A stretch of 54,250 nucleotides of DNA, filler included, from Squatina squatina (GCA_031763465.1; 3 parts of 3 records of this genome joined end to end with filler, not necessarily neighbours in it); one strand, 5' to 3'; positions 21,477 to 34,930 are shown, numbered from the whole stretch's first letter. Notes: generated from the letters alone by a model not told the origin. Made by a program: numbers and translations.

Positions 21477-21933
21477 AAAGACTTGCATTTCTATAGCAAC
21501 TTTCACAACCGCCAGATGTCCTAAGCATTTTACAGCCAATGAAGTACTTTTTGAAGTGTAGTCACTGTTGTAATGTAGGAAACACAGCAGCTAATTTGCA
21601 CACAGCAAGCTCCAACAAACAGCAACGTGGTGATGACCGGACAATCTGTTCTGTTATGTTAATTCAGGGATTGGCCAGCACACCGGGGATAACTCCCCTG
21701 CTTGTCTTCAAAATAGTGCCATGGGATCTTTTAAGGCCACCCGCGAGAGAGAGCAGACGGGGCCTCGGTTTAACGTGTCATCCGAAAGACGGCACCTCCG
21801 ACGGTGCAGCGCTCCCTCAGCACTGCACTGGGAGTGTTGGCCTGGATTTATGGGCTCAAGTCTCTGGAGTGGGACTTGAACCCACGACCTTCTGACTCAG
21901 AGGTGAGAGTGCCGCCCACTGAGTCACAGCTGA
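21477..21933 (-). mobile_element. Near full-length Deu-domain SINE (SacSINE1-like)
   Basis: tRNA-like head with A box TGACTCAGTGG and B box GGTTCAAGTCC, Deu core, and an L2-like tail ending ATAGAAATGCAAGTCTTT. Confidence 0.9.
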
Positions 21934-22039
21934 AATGGTCCATGCTGGTGTTTATACTCCACACCAGCCCTCCACCCGCTCTAATTACCTCTTCCCATAT
22001 CCTTCCTACATTGCAACAGTCGCCAGCAGCAGCACCCAG

Positions 22040-22092
22040 GAGACCAGGAGAGTCTCGAGCAACCCGGGAGAGTCCCGAGCAACCCGGGAGGC
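22040..22092. repeat. Short 20-bp tandem duplication
   Basis: GGAGAGTC(T/C)CGAGCAACCCG x2 plus partial units. Confidence 0.7.
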
Positions 22093-22352
22093 TTGGGAAA
22101 CCTTCGAAGCAGGCCTCCTCACGCACGCACACAGCAGCGTTCCGATGTAGCAATTGAAAAAGCAACTTTTACTCCCCAGTTTTAAACTATTAAAATTATC
22201 TGGCCACCTCAGGACCAGACTTTCCCCATCCAAAAAGGTTAGCAAGGCCACAAAAAAAGCTAACCAAGCACTAGGGTTATTTCTAGGGGTATACAATTAA
22301 AAAGTGGGGAAGTTATGCTAAACCTGTACTGAACCTTGGTTAGACCACACTT

Positions 22353-22605
22353 AGGCTGGAAAATTGCCCTGCACCCCGTTTGGGAGCAGTGACTGTCTGG
22401 GGCCCGGAAGTGAAGCCGAGTGCTATCCGGTAATGGGGCGGTACGGCAAGTGCGGCACTGAAGACATCAGCACTTCGCCTCAGAGCACAGCACGCTGGGG
22501 GCTTCATGGAGCGCCGATGTGCGACAGCACCCCTCCCATTCATTTAAAGGGGAGGACCGTTGCGCAACTGGAGGAGCGTCCCGATGACCGCCACTGGGCC
22601 AGCAA
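22353..22605 (+). mobile_element. GC-rich MITE-like element, left part, next to a CR1 fragment (~22225-22352)
   Basis: Starts AGGCTGGAAAATT and contains the TTTAAAGGGGAGG motif shared with 18491-19138. Confidence 0.55.
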
Positions 22606-22932
22606 NNNNNNNNNNNNNNNNNNNNNNNNNNNNNNNNNNNNNNNNNNNNNNNNNNNNNNNNNNNNNNNNNNNNNNNNNNNNNNNNNNNNNNNNNNNNNNN
22701 NNNNNGGCCAATCAGCACCTGAAAGAGAGAGATCTTGGTGGGACCGGAAACATTAGCTAGTCTTTCTCCTTCACATGCTGACGTTCCTGCTGTGCTTTTC
22801 AATCAGTTCTGTTTTAGTTAAACATCTGTTGCGATATTGCCAATACTTATAACGAGACTGGAAATACCATTCTCACTGCTACAACACCTCCAATCTTAAA
22901 ACTTGATAACAGAGAAAGAATTCATTACTTAC

Positions 22933-23392
22933 CCTATAATCACTGGAAGTCACATAAAATATCGGCAGGAAGGCGAGCCAGATGATACATGTTGTGTACA
23001 TGGTAAACCCAATAAATTTTGCTTCATTGATGTTTTCTGGACATTTTCTCGTCTTAAAGGCATAGACAGTACACAGGATCACCAGCACCACATCATATGT
23101 TAAAGATATTAACATACTGGAGTCTTTTACATTACATTTCAGAATGACTGTCTCTCTTTTCTCAGGGACAGTGTACCTTCTAGTACCAGGAGCCTCCAGC
23201 ATGAGCCACACTGACACAATGATAATCTGAACTGAGATGAGACTCAGGCAGATGAAGACTTGAGAACTGGGGCTGATGAACCTTGGTCTCTGGGTCCCTT
23301 CCTTCACACCATTAAATATCCTAGCAATACGGTTGGTCTTGGTAAGCAGTGCGGAGTAGCACACGGCAAAGGACGTGCCAAGTCCCAATCGG
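22933..23392 (-). CDS. GRM3: GRM3 large 7TM exon, 3' part (TM3-TM6); 5' part lost in gap
   Basis: LGLGTSFAVCYSALLTKTNRIARIF...FISPSSQVFIC...KCPENINEAKFIGFTMYTTCIIWLAFLPIFYVTSSDYR|gtaagt. Confidence 0.96.
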
Positions 23393-23492
23393 NNNNNNNN
23401 NNNNNNNNNNNNNNNNNNNNNNNNNNNNNNNNNNNNNNNNNNNNNNNNNNNNNNNNNNNNNNNNNNNNNNNNNNNNNNNNNNNNNNNNNNNN

Positions 23493-23625
23493 AGTGCTGT
23501 AACCTACAGGGCTACGGACCAAGAGCTGGAAAGTGGGATTAGGCTGGATAGATCTTTGTCGGCCTGCAAGGACACGATGGGCCGAATGGCCTCCTTCTGT
23601 GCTGTAAATTTCTATGTTTCTATGA
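23493..23625 (+). mobile_element. CR1 3' tail
   Basis: GACACGATGGGCCGAATGGCCTCCTTCTGTGCTGTAAA followed by (TTTCTATG)2. Confidence 0.8.
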
Positions 23626-24444
23626 ACTACATTCAACAAGGATTTTATATTCTAAATAGGATGTGGAATAAAGCAGAAAGCAATTGAAGATAAAATGTAG
23701 ATTGTTCTCTGAGGGTATTGTCTCTATGAACTCTATAATTTAGCTCCATACTTAATAATCAGGATCAGTAATCATGACTGAAGTAAACTTTTAATGTGCT
23801 GCACACATTTCCCATAGAGACTGTGGTAGTCCCTTTAATTCTCACTGTTGCTGCCATCAACTGAATTCAAGATGATAAAAGACTGCTTGAAATGTCGTGG
23901 GAAGATCGAGTTATGTATAGCTGGCTTGACAAGTATTGACAACAGATTTCAAAATGTATTCAGTTTTGGATTGTGTCAGACTACATTAAGCTTTTAAATC
24001 CAGTAATTAAAAAAAACCTTTCCTCTTGTAACGTCCTGGACCCTTTGAAGAAAAAGGCAGCAAATCTTGTAATAAGCAATTCTCTTAGTTTCCACTTGTC
24101 ATTTGGAAAAATTCCAATCATTTGTGTTTTGAATTTCATGGTCCTTGTNNNNNNNNNNNNNNNNNNNNNNNNNNNNNNNNNNNNNNNNNNNNNNNNNNNN
24201 NNNNNNNNNNNNNNNNNNNNNNNNNNNNNNNNNNNNNNNNNNNNNNNNTAAATTTTTAAAAATTATTTAAACATAAAAAAACCCTGTAAAATAAGTTCAG
24301 GTTACTTTTAGCCCCTATAAAATATTTACATTTATTTTTCAAAAAATTAAAATTTTTGTTTTAAATATTGAATTAAATTATAATTTAATTAATTTTAAAT
24401 ATGTAATTATTTATTTATTTGGTATGTAGATGTGTTTTTTATTT

Positions 24445-24508
24445 ATCCCCATTCATGCTCACGGGGATTCCGTATGAAAATGGAATCCCCGTGAGCATAA
24501 ATGGGGAT
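24445..24508. repeat. 29-bp inverted repeat (hairpin)
   Basis: ATCCCCATTCATGCTCACGGGGATTCCGT and ATGGAATCCCCGTGAGCATAAATGGGGAT, two mismatches, 6-nt loop. Confidence 0.9.
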
Positions 24509-24707
24509 TCCTTATCTTTATTGGTTGGGCCAGCCCATGTGATCCCAGCGGCACTTGCGAGCTGCCTGCCCCCCTGGGGTACATGGGCATTTACGCATGT
24601 CTATGCCTAGAGTCTTTGTGCATCCCGAGGTAGAAGACTTCCCGCGGACTTTATTTGCCTATTGGAGGCATTTCCCTGGCAAATAGTATACATATAATTA
24701 GAAATCA

Positions 24708-25301
<594 letters not shown>

Positions 25302-25799
25302 CTAGAGAACAGCTAGATTTCATTTTTTATCCATTGCAATGTCACAGCAGTTATTCTCCTTGTGGGCATTTGTGAATGCAACAAAGAATTTCTGATCTGA
25401 TTCCTGGAAGAAAGAAATGAAAAAAAAAGTTTAAGTATTGTTTTTAAAGTTAGCTATCTTTGCCTCAGTCTTTCAGTGAAAACACATGCATACAGCTTAC
25501 AAATCAATCAATAGATACATTGTCCGAACGTTGTATCTCCAAATAAATGTTTACTTTTTCTTATATTTTCCTGGTTCTCTTCTCTTGCAGAATGGTCAAC
25601 GCAAACATCCTCTTGTAGCCCATAAGACGGGGCAGTGTGGGCCCTGAACGTCTCCACAGTAGCTGATCACTATTCTAACGTATCGCCTGGAGCTGTGATT
25701 CAAGCAGGACTTTGTCTATAGTGAGGCTGGAATGCCTCACTCCCGAGTGGTGTTCTACCTACAATCCTGGACAGGCTGGGTGGATCAGAGGGGCATTAC

Positions 25800-26160
25800 A
25801 TCAACAACAACAACTTGTATTTATGTTGTGCCTTTAATGTAGTAAAACGTCCCAAGGCGCTTCACAGGAGATTTATAAAACAAAAATTTGACATCGAGCC
25901 ACATAGGGAGATAGTGGGGCAGATGACCAAACGCTTGGTCAAAGAGATCGGTTTTTAAGGAGGAGAGAGAGGCGGAGAGGTTTAGGGAGGGAACTCCAGA
26001 GCTTAGGGCCCAGGCAGCTGAAGGCACGGCCACCAGTGGTGGAGCGGTTAAAATCGGGGGATGAGCAGAGCAAAGAGGCCTGATTGAAGGAGTGCAGAGA
26101 TCCCGGATGGGGTTGTAGGGTTGGAGGAGGTTACTGAGATAGGGAGAGGCCAGACCATGG
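25800..26160 (-). mobile_element. L2 LINE 3' end with (TTG)n tail
   Basis: CAACAACAACAACTTGTATTTAT...CGTCCCAAGGCGCTTCACAGG; homologous to 43200-43425. Confidence 0.85.
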
Positions 26161-26164
26161 AGGC

Positions 26165-26525
26165 AGATCTCAACAAAGTTGAGGAGGTTAGTCGGGCAGG
26201 ATCTTCCCCTTTGGAATCAAATGTAACTGCTGTTAACTAGGTTAGTTAGTTTACACAGATGATCCTCAAGTTTACTCCAGATAATTATTTTATATGGAAC
26301 AGAAGATTAATGGATCTTTAGTTGCCCGTGTCCGCTTAGTCACCATGTTTGAATATAGACACCGCATTAGCCTGCTTCCAATTTTCTGATGCCTCTCCAG
26401 TGTCTAATAACTCCCTCATAATGACTGCAAGTGCTTCACAAATCTCCTTCAGCGCTCCAAGATAAATGAAGCTGCCCTTTGGGATCTATTTGCTTTGAGT
26501 CCAATTAGCCTGTCTAGGGCTTCCA
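26165..26525 (-). mobile_element. Decayed CR1 RT fragment
   Basis: Minus-strand remnants of ALDRLIGLKANRS and pre-RT CR1 motifs. Confidence 0.5.
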
Positions 26526-26819
26526 TCTCATTTATGATAGTCAATAATGTTACTTGAGATGTCTTTGTTTGGAGTGAGCACATGGCTTGTATCTTCTCTG
26601 TGAATGCGCGGAGGGAGGAGCCATTAATGATATTTACTACTTTGTGCTCATCCTCCGTTTCAAACTGACTGCCCTCTCGCTGAGGCAAACAACAGAAAGT
26701 TTCGCTGTTATGTTTAACTCCAGCTGCAATGCCTTTCTCCAGCTCTCTCGTCACCCCTCCGATCACCTTTTAATGTGTCTCTGCATTTTCTTATATTCAT
26801 TCCCTTCTCCGTTTCTTTG

Positions 26820-26937
26820 CAGCATTTGTACAGGTCATGCTCCCTCTTTATCTCAGGGTCATTGACCCGAAACATTAGCTCTGTTTCTCTCTCCACAGAG
26901 GCTGCCTGACCTGAGTGTTTCCAGCATTTTTTTTGTT
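26820..26937 (+). mobile_element. Penelope-like tail with hammerhead 3' half
   Basis: GGGTC-ATT-GACCC-GAAA-CATT-AGCT followed by CTGTTTCTCTCTCCACAGAGGCTGCCTGACCTG. Confidence 0.7.
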
Positions 26938-27749
26938 NNNNNNNNNNNNNNNNNNNNNNNNNNNNNNNNNNNNNNNNNNNNNNNNNNNNNNNNNNNNNNN
27001 NNNNNNNNNNNNNNNNNNNNNNNNNNNNNNNNNNNNNCTTCATTGGCTGTAAAGCGCTTTGGGACTTTTGGTGGTCGTGAAAGGTGCTGCAGAAATGGAA
27101 GTCTTTCCTTAAAGCAAAGAGTTGGTTTATTTTGTAAGTAAGCTGTGTACCGTGTATATCATCATTTGTTCTCTGAGGAACTGATGTGTCTTCTGCATTT
27201 TAATATAAGCCCACATGGTGCTCTTTAGTTCTGAAAGTGTGTTATTTATAAATTAATAAGCAGTCTTTTCATTCACCTTAATTTGGATCAAGTGGTACAA
27301 TTCCCATTGCACAATTTTATTATGCTCGACTTCTTAGTAATGACCTCATTTCTTCCTCTGGTTGATTCTCGATGAGCCATCTGTCAGTTCCGCTGCTGAT
27401 ATGGTTTGCCGAGCTGCTCAGCTGCACCATGGCCCTTTCTAGCTAAAGATATTCATCCCAAAAGTGTTTTGGTGGAACCAGACGGGAAGCTGCTTGCAAT
27501 AATTCTGACGCCAGTTTAGTCTCGATTGCCTTGACTGTTAAAGGGATGGTGTCACGTGGAGAATATGGTTCATTTGCAAAGAATGTTTCNNNNNNNNNNN
27601 NNNNNNNNNNNNNNNNNNNNNNNNNNNNNNNNNNNNNNNNNNNNNNNNNNNNNNNNNNNNNNNNNNNNNNNNNNNNNNNNNNNNNNNNNATTCTTCAATG
27701 TGATTCGCTGATTAGCCTGCTTGATGACATCGCTGTTGCTGGATGCTGG

Positions 27750-27980
27750 AGATCCTCTATACAGTGCCATGGAATCTTTTACATCTATCTGTGAGAAAAG
27801 GCAGAGCTTCAAGTTGTAACATCTCATCTGAAGGATGGCACCTCCAACAGTGTAGCATTCCCTCAGCACTGCACTGAAGTGTCAGCCTAGATTTTTGTGC
27901 TCAAGTCTCTGGACTGGGTCTTGAACCCACAACCGCCTGGCTCAAAGGCAAGAATGCTACCCACTGAACCACAGCTGACA
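27750..27980 (-). mobile_element. Deu-domain SINE 5' half
   Basis: Aligns with 21715-21933, including the B box. Confidence 0.85.
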
Positions 27981-28874
27981 CTTATTCAAATACAGTTGAG
28001 GATCCCTATAAATATGCTGCAGTCTGCTTCCCCAGTGTTGCCGCCAAAAATTACTGGGTGGGCTTAAGAATGATCAAATTCTGTGCTCCCACCATTCAAC
28101 AAGCAAAGGATCCTTATTTTAATGAGGCCCTGCTATATTCATGTAACCACCGAGATGACTGAAAGTCACCCAATTCAAAATGGTGGCCGGCACACTTCCA
28201 GGGGAGATATGCGCAGAAGATCGTGACCCAAAATTTGTTCCCTATCACACCAAAGAATGTTGAATTTCTCCCCCAATATCTCCTGGGAGAGCGATCAGCC
28301 CTCACAAGGACATGTGAGTAGACATTCGGCTGCACCACCTGNNNNNNNNNNNNNNNNNNNNNNNNNNNNNNNNNNNNNNNNNNNNNNNNNNNNNNNNNNN
28401 NNNNNNNNNNNNNNNNNNNNNNNNNNNNNNNNNNNNNNNNNGCGCTATAGAAATGCAAGTCTGTCTTTCTTTTTTTCTCATTGACTGGATATATTAAAGC
28501 ATTGGGTCTAAATTCAGTTTGCGAAATCAATTCATATAAAGGTGGATAAACTGCATAGTGAAACGGATAATACACACAACGAGGGATCAGATGTACAGTA
28601 AAATATAGAAAATACCCACTGAAATTAACAAAACACTTTACTGAAATTAATATTATACATAATAAGATTAATAAAAGGCATATGGAGATATTAGTTAGCA
28701 TCACGTGAGATGAGTGTAAATTAAAATGTTGCCTACATTAAAATGGTGCATGAATTGAATGGTGTCCCTCTCTGCAATTTGTTCTCAATCTATCCCATCT
28801 ATTACATCTCTGCACTACACAACACCTCTGTAACGGCCTGAGGGCCTGGGCAACAAACCACACTTTCTACCACA

Positions 28875-29009
28875 GACGCAAAATATTGCAGGTGCTGGAA
28901 AGCTGAAATAAAAAGATTGGTGCCTTGCACCATCATCCCTTTTGTCATCCCTTGCTTAAAACCTGTTACATCTCTAACTTTTTCCAGCTCTGACGAAGGG
29001 TCACTGACC
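28875..29009 (+). mobile_element. Penelope-like fragment with inverted head and hammerhead 5' half
   Basis: Inverted tail segment at 28875-28916, then a forward body ending AGCT-CTGACGA-AGGGTC-ACT-GACC at the gap. Confidence 0.7.
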
Positions 29010-32000
29010 NNNNNNNNNNNNNNNNNNNNNNNNNNNNNNNNNNNNNNNNNNNNNNNNNNNNNNNNNNNNNNNNNNNNNNNNNNNNNNNNNNNNNNNNNNN
29101 NNNNNNNNNTGTTCTGTGGCACAAATACAGCATTTAACTGATGCAGAATCAGATCACTAACAGAGACACGTGTGCATTTCCCCCAGGACTCCCACTCTTG
29201 CAACACTTGCACCAACAGATGCTATTATTCTTTAGTTTAAGTGCAGTAAAATAATTGAGATCCTGCAAGGTAAAATTGAAGTTTTTAAAAAAAAATCTGC
29301 ACTGTTCGGTACCATTAGAAATGTCTCACTGTAGAAACAGACGGACAAGGGTAACTTGGCAGTGATCAGTTCAGTCACAGTGTAAACGGTTCCTGAGGAA
29401 GGTTAAGAAATGCAAAGTTGTTAATGCAGCACAGGACCCTCTTGTTGTCAGACCACTGATTTTGGAAATGGTTGGATAAAAATCCATGAAATTGCACTTT
29501 GCAATATTAGCAAAGAAACACCTTAACATGTACAGAATTTCTCCGGCCACTATCTTAATGCAGACATAATCCTTTTAAAATAAATGCAGTTGCATGCTAA
29601 TACTGTATTACTAGGCATGATCTAAGCCCAACAGAGTATTGTGGTATTCTCTTTGGCAATCATATATATCAGCATAAACACCGCAGTGACACTTGCTACC
29701 TTATCCTCATTATGTGCTAGATCTGTATTTCACAGTCACAGGAGTACAATTTAAACCAGATCATTTTGTATTAACATATATTCTATTGCTTTCCTGCTTT
29801 GGTTACCATGGTACCTTGTGGCGCAATATATTTCATACCTTGAATCTGCATGGCAATGAATTATACAAGCAGCTTACTGCAAAGTTAGCTTTGATTAAGT
29901 CTACCCTTGGGCTCATTTCATTGCTTTTAATAGAGAAATCTGAACTCTGGATTTTGATTATTACCTGCTTTTATAATGTAACACCTATAATCCCAGCATT
30001 CGGAGTCACTGGAGAGCTTCCTTGAGAAGGCAGTCAGATTGACACACAAGACTGCTGGCTCCTGACAGCATCCTTTAGAAACTTTCTATTCAAAGATGCA
30101 TGCCTGCAACAGCCCAGTATCTATCTGACTGCTGCTTTCACGAATAAAGCTCTTCATAATTTGATGCCTTCTCATCTTTTGTGCTCTCTTATTCCAATAT
30201 CCTGAAACCAGATTGGCACAGAATGATCTAGTTATTGCTGGATGGGTCGCAGTATTTCATATACATGTTAGAAATATCTGCTAAATAAAAGTCGAATATT
30301 GTAAAAAGAATTGTTTGTGGTCCTTCTCCTTTTAGACACAATTCCCAACCAGGTACCCCCAAAATAACTTCAATTTCATAGACGGGACAATTTCACAAAA
30401 TTGGGAAATTGTACGACATTAAAGATGCTGTATCAATGCAAATTGTTTTTAATGAACTTCTATTGGGCTGCAGTCTCTCGTCTGCAGAATTCTTACACAA
30501 TATTTCTGGTGTTTTGGGATTGCTTATAATATTTCAACAACAGCAGAACTACTTCTTTTGGCTGGAGTAGCTCAGCCAAGAGCAGAGGGATAGGCGGGCT
30601 CACCAGGTACTGCATAATTCATCCGTATATCATTCCAAGTTATTGGATAGTTTGCCCAGGGGCTGAATGTAATATATCATTCTTTTTTGTTCTCCAACAT
30701 GTATAACGATGACCAGCCCATGTTGCTCATCTCTACCATTGCATGCAGCCCGAAGGCCAATGCTTGAATAACAAGGCTTATTGCAAGGAGGGCACTGGTG
30801 GCTTTTGCCTGGTCCTGCATTCCCACCTTCATTCTATCGACTTGCTATCAATAGTCATGTTCTTATTGGTCTTGAAATTGGCAATGGTGGCATCTTGGGC
30901 GATCCCAATGTGTGTTGGTATTTTATAGAACGTTAATCATGCCTCCAGAACATTATTGTTGCATTTTCATTGATTGCCATGGTTGCGCACATCACATCAT
31001 TCACAAGGCACACCTATTTTGGGAACTTGCTGTGATCCACTTGGATGATATAAGATCCCAGAGGGACCCTGGTTCCAAATGATTCGAGGTTGACCCATAC
31101 TGGGGACAGAACTTTAGACAGCAAAAGCAAGACTTATTACATTACAGTATTTGAGCAGTGGTTTACAGAGTATAATTGAGACTGATATTACCACTCATAC
31201 TCTGGGTAGAAGCCACAACCATGAGTAAGCTGCACCCTGTCTCTCTCTCTCTCGCTAACGATACCCTTTCGCTCATTCAAAACCTATGGGAGCCCCAATT
31301 GGTCCCCTCAAATCCCTGGAAAAGTGGTGCTAAGATGGCGCTAAGGTCTTTGCGCTTGCTGGTAGCACTCCCGCTGCCANNNNNNNNNNNNNNNNNNNNN
31401 NNNNNNNNNNNNNNNNNNNNNNNNNNNNNNNNNNNNNNNNNNNNNNNNNNNNNNNNNNNNNNNNNNNNNNNNNNNNNNNTGCTGTCGAACGCAGTATAAA
31501 TACTTGCCGTGACAAGTCAATAATTTGGTTATCGGGAACTTTGCAGGAAGCAAACAACTATCTTTTGTTACATTTCACATAGGATTCAGTATTCTGACAA
31601 TACAGCCCTTTCATTCTCATTAAAGGAGCTGTAATGTACTGTGCAAAGGCAAATGATGTCAACTATGAGGTCGACAGTTCATTTCAGGGTATGTGGTCTC
31701 TCTGATGCCTCTTGCATTTGCGCAGTAACACACCATCATATCTGTTACATTTGGCAGAAGTTAAGATTCATTTCTATTGGTTAAAATGGGAGAATGTTCT
31801 CCAAAGTAGAACTTAAGCAGATCTTGTTCTGTCATTCTTCGTGTGCCCTCAGGTTATAATGTGTAATTCTACATAACACTGCCTTTGCAGTTATCAACAG
31901 GGTAGTTTAGTATATTGTTACATGCTCTGTAACTGTGGTTTCCTGTTCACTCGACAAGGCATTGATTGTTGTCTTTTATCAGTACAATAGTTTGTTGATG

Positions 32001-33324
32001 ATATTTAGCACATCGTGAAAGTGAAGGAACTGATTAGCAAGTCTGGGACATATCAGAAAATTTACAATGGAACTATCCAAATAAATGATTCTACTAAGAT
32101 TGGAATACATTCGAACATGAGACCACAGTAGCACAATGGAATATTTTTATTTTAAGTTGTAAGGGGATTCTAATTGCAGTTAAAATAACAATATTTAACA
32201 ATATAGTCCATACGTATAAAATTCTATGNNNNNNNNNNNNNNNNNNNNNNNNNNNNNNNNNNNNNNNNNNNNNNNNNNNNNNNNNNNNNNNNNNNNNNNN
32301 NNNNNNNNNNNNNNNNNNNNNNNNNNNNATGCGATTTCCTCGCCTTCTGTTGATTCTAACAGAACTGAGAACTGGAGTCAAAATGAATAAAAGTTCTGCA
32401 GTGTGTGTCACAGGCTTTCAACCACATCTTTATTGGCAGATAACAAAACTTCAGAATGCTGCTACTCACCAGAGAGCCAACAAAGACCTGCTGTACGACT
32501 ACCAGCTGGATTCTAGATTAGTCGAGCATTGCAAATGAACAAAGTCGCTGAATTGTGGCACTGAAATTAGTTCTTTAACTTGAGCTTGTCGAGGAGCAGA
32601 TTATCAGTTCGCACCCTGCAATTTTTCTCTTTGTTATGAATGCCTCTGAAGGCAATGCTGAGTATTTTGTGAGAAACTCAGCATATTTTTACTTTCGCCT
32701 GTAATTTCAAAGCAGACACACGAGCGTCTATATTGCTGGAGTCAATGAGTACTTGGGGAAAGAAAGCATCACACTGCAGTTAATCAGTAAATCACTCATT
32801 TATTTTATGGCCCCCTTGCAACAACAAAACTCTTCTGTTGAGCAACTCAAGCCAACCAGGTGACGAAGATAAAGCATTGCCGTTTATCAGTTATTGTGAT
32901 AAAGCATTGGAACGTGCCAACACATTGATATCATTATGGGATGGCTATTTTCAACATTTTTTCACTGATCAACAATATTGTTCTTCCAATTTGAATTCTT
33001 GACTTAAAATGTGATTAAAAGAGAATTTAATGCAACATACATTGAACATGATATTAAATGCACATTATTCCTGATCTCTTCCAAGTCCTTGGATTGACCT
33101 CAGCTCTCATTTTGGAAACAGGTACATCATTCTCAGTAATTGAGTTGAGATCTTATTCCATTATTTAAATTAATTTTTGATTGGAATCATCCACAGAAAT
33201 TTTACAGAATACTCGATCACAAGGAGTGTGTATATTTTCAGATAGCTTACATTTCCCTTCTATTTTAAAAAAGTTATATTTGGTGCTTAACCCTTACTTT
33301 CTTCTTCCCGATTAGTTTATTTCA

Positions 33325-33434
33325 GTGCAGCGAAGGTTTACAAGATTGATTCCCGGAATGGCAGGTCTGACTTATGAAGAAAGATTAGATCGACTAGGCT
33401 TATATTCACTGGAATTTAGAAGAATGAGAGGGGA
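33325..33434 (+). mobile_element. CR1 LINE ORF2 fragment
   Basis: VQRRFTRLIPGMAGLTYEERLDRLGLYSLEFRRMRG. Confidence 0.9.
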
Positions 33435-34599
33435 NNNNNNNNNNNNNNNNNNNNNNNNNNNNNNNNNNNNNNNNNNNNNNNNNNNNNNNNNNNNNNNNNN
33501 NNNNNNNNNNNNNNNNNNNNNNNNNNNNNNNNNNAGGGTATCATCCCTAAGGCATCAATAAACCCCAATTTCCATAGATGGAGGCATTCCCAGGCTTATA
33601 ACGTTCTGCTGTTGAGCATTTTACACAATTTTAACAAACGGACTGAAATTTTTGACTTGTTCAAAAAAGCATTGTTTTGTGATGATACAAAAACCATGTT
33701 CCTGGCTCGTTTTATCACATGTTGGATTCAGATCCTCACTAAGATCGATGTATCAGTTGATATTTCTTCCATAATGCTTGAACTATTAGTGATGATATAG
33801 TTCATCATTTGGACATTTCGAACAATATAAATGGTTTGTTTAACGTTCCCAACAGCTATGTGTTAGAATCTTAATGGCAGCATGTAGTTTCCAGTCCTTC
33901 TGCATTTCCTGGACTATAATTTCCAACCGCCCCGTCTCTGGTTGACAAAGTATTGAATCTGCGACACTGATTTCCTTTCCGATTGATTTGTACAAGAAGC
34001 AAACGTGACATTGTGTTAAATTCCATATCTTTTCTATTCACAATGAGTTGCCTCAGCATCTGCACTAATGTAACCATTCAGCTTGTCTCTCATTCGAACA
34101 CGAGTGCACACGCCTATTTTCGGCCTCATTGCTGAAAGAATGAAGCATGACATTCACGAGGGCAATATCCAGTAAATGATTTGTATGACGAAAAAAACAC
34201 TAAATTACTTTTATGGTGTCCAATATTATTTGTCCAAATGCTCATTGTGTGTGATTAATCACCTGTCTGGTACTGATAAAGATTTCAATACCATGTTGGT
34301 AGCGACATGCATCATCTGAAGTTCAACTGTAAAATGGTCATTTGGTAAAGCTGTGTATCCTTCAACTCTATTCAGAGAGATGCCATCTTGAAGGTTTTAA
34401 GATGTAATAGCAAATTGAATTAACAATGTTGTCAAGTATTTCATTTTTCAACAAGATTTTCAATTAATAAATTACCTTTGGTGTGGGCAAATTTTATTTC
34501 ATCTGACTTTCAATTAACCTTTAGACTCTAGCAGGTCTAGAAAACTCCTGTCTTTCTGGGCCGATTGGTTCAGTCAGTTTTAAGCTCATGCAGTCACAC

Positions 34600-34930
34600 A
34601 GCGTTACAGGGTAGATGCACGGAGGATGTTTCCCCAGGCTGGGAGAGTCTAGAACCAGGGATCACAGTCTCAGAATAAAGGGTAGGCCATTTAGGACGGA
34701 GATGAAGAGAAATTTCTTCACTCAGAGGGTGGTGAATCTTTGGAATTCTCTACCCCAGAGGGCTGTGGAGGCTGAGTCATTGAGTATATTCAAAACAGAG
34801 ATTGATAGATTTTTGGATACTAAGGGATATGGGGATAGTGCAGAAAAGTTGAGTTAGAAGATCTACCAGGAACTTATTGAATGGCGGAGCAGGCGTGAAG
34901 GGTTGAATGGCCTACCCCTGCTCCTATTCG
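34600..34930 (+). mobile_element. CR1 LINE 3' end
   Basis: GESRTRDHSLRIKGRPFRTEMKRNFFTQRVVNLWNSLPQRAVEAESLSIFKTEIDRFL plus the 3' tail. Confidence 0.9.

Noticed and set aside
21871-21933. tRNA-like A and B boxes
   Set aside because: SINE head, not a tRNA gene; it continues into the Deu domain.
30560-31130. Coding-like composition, possible retroviral or transposase relic
   Set aside because: No frame I read gave a recognisable motif.
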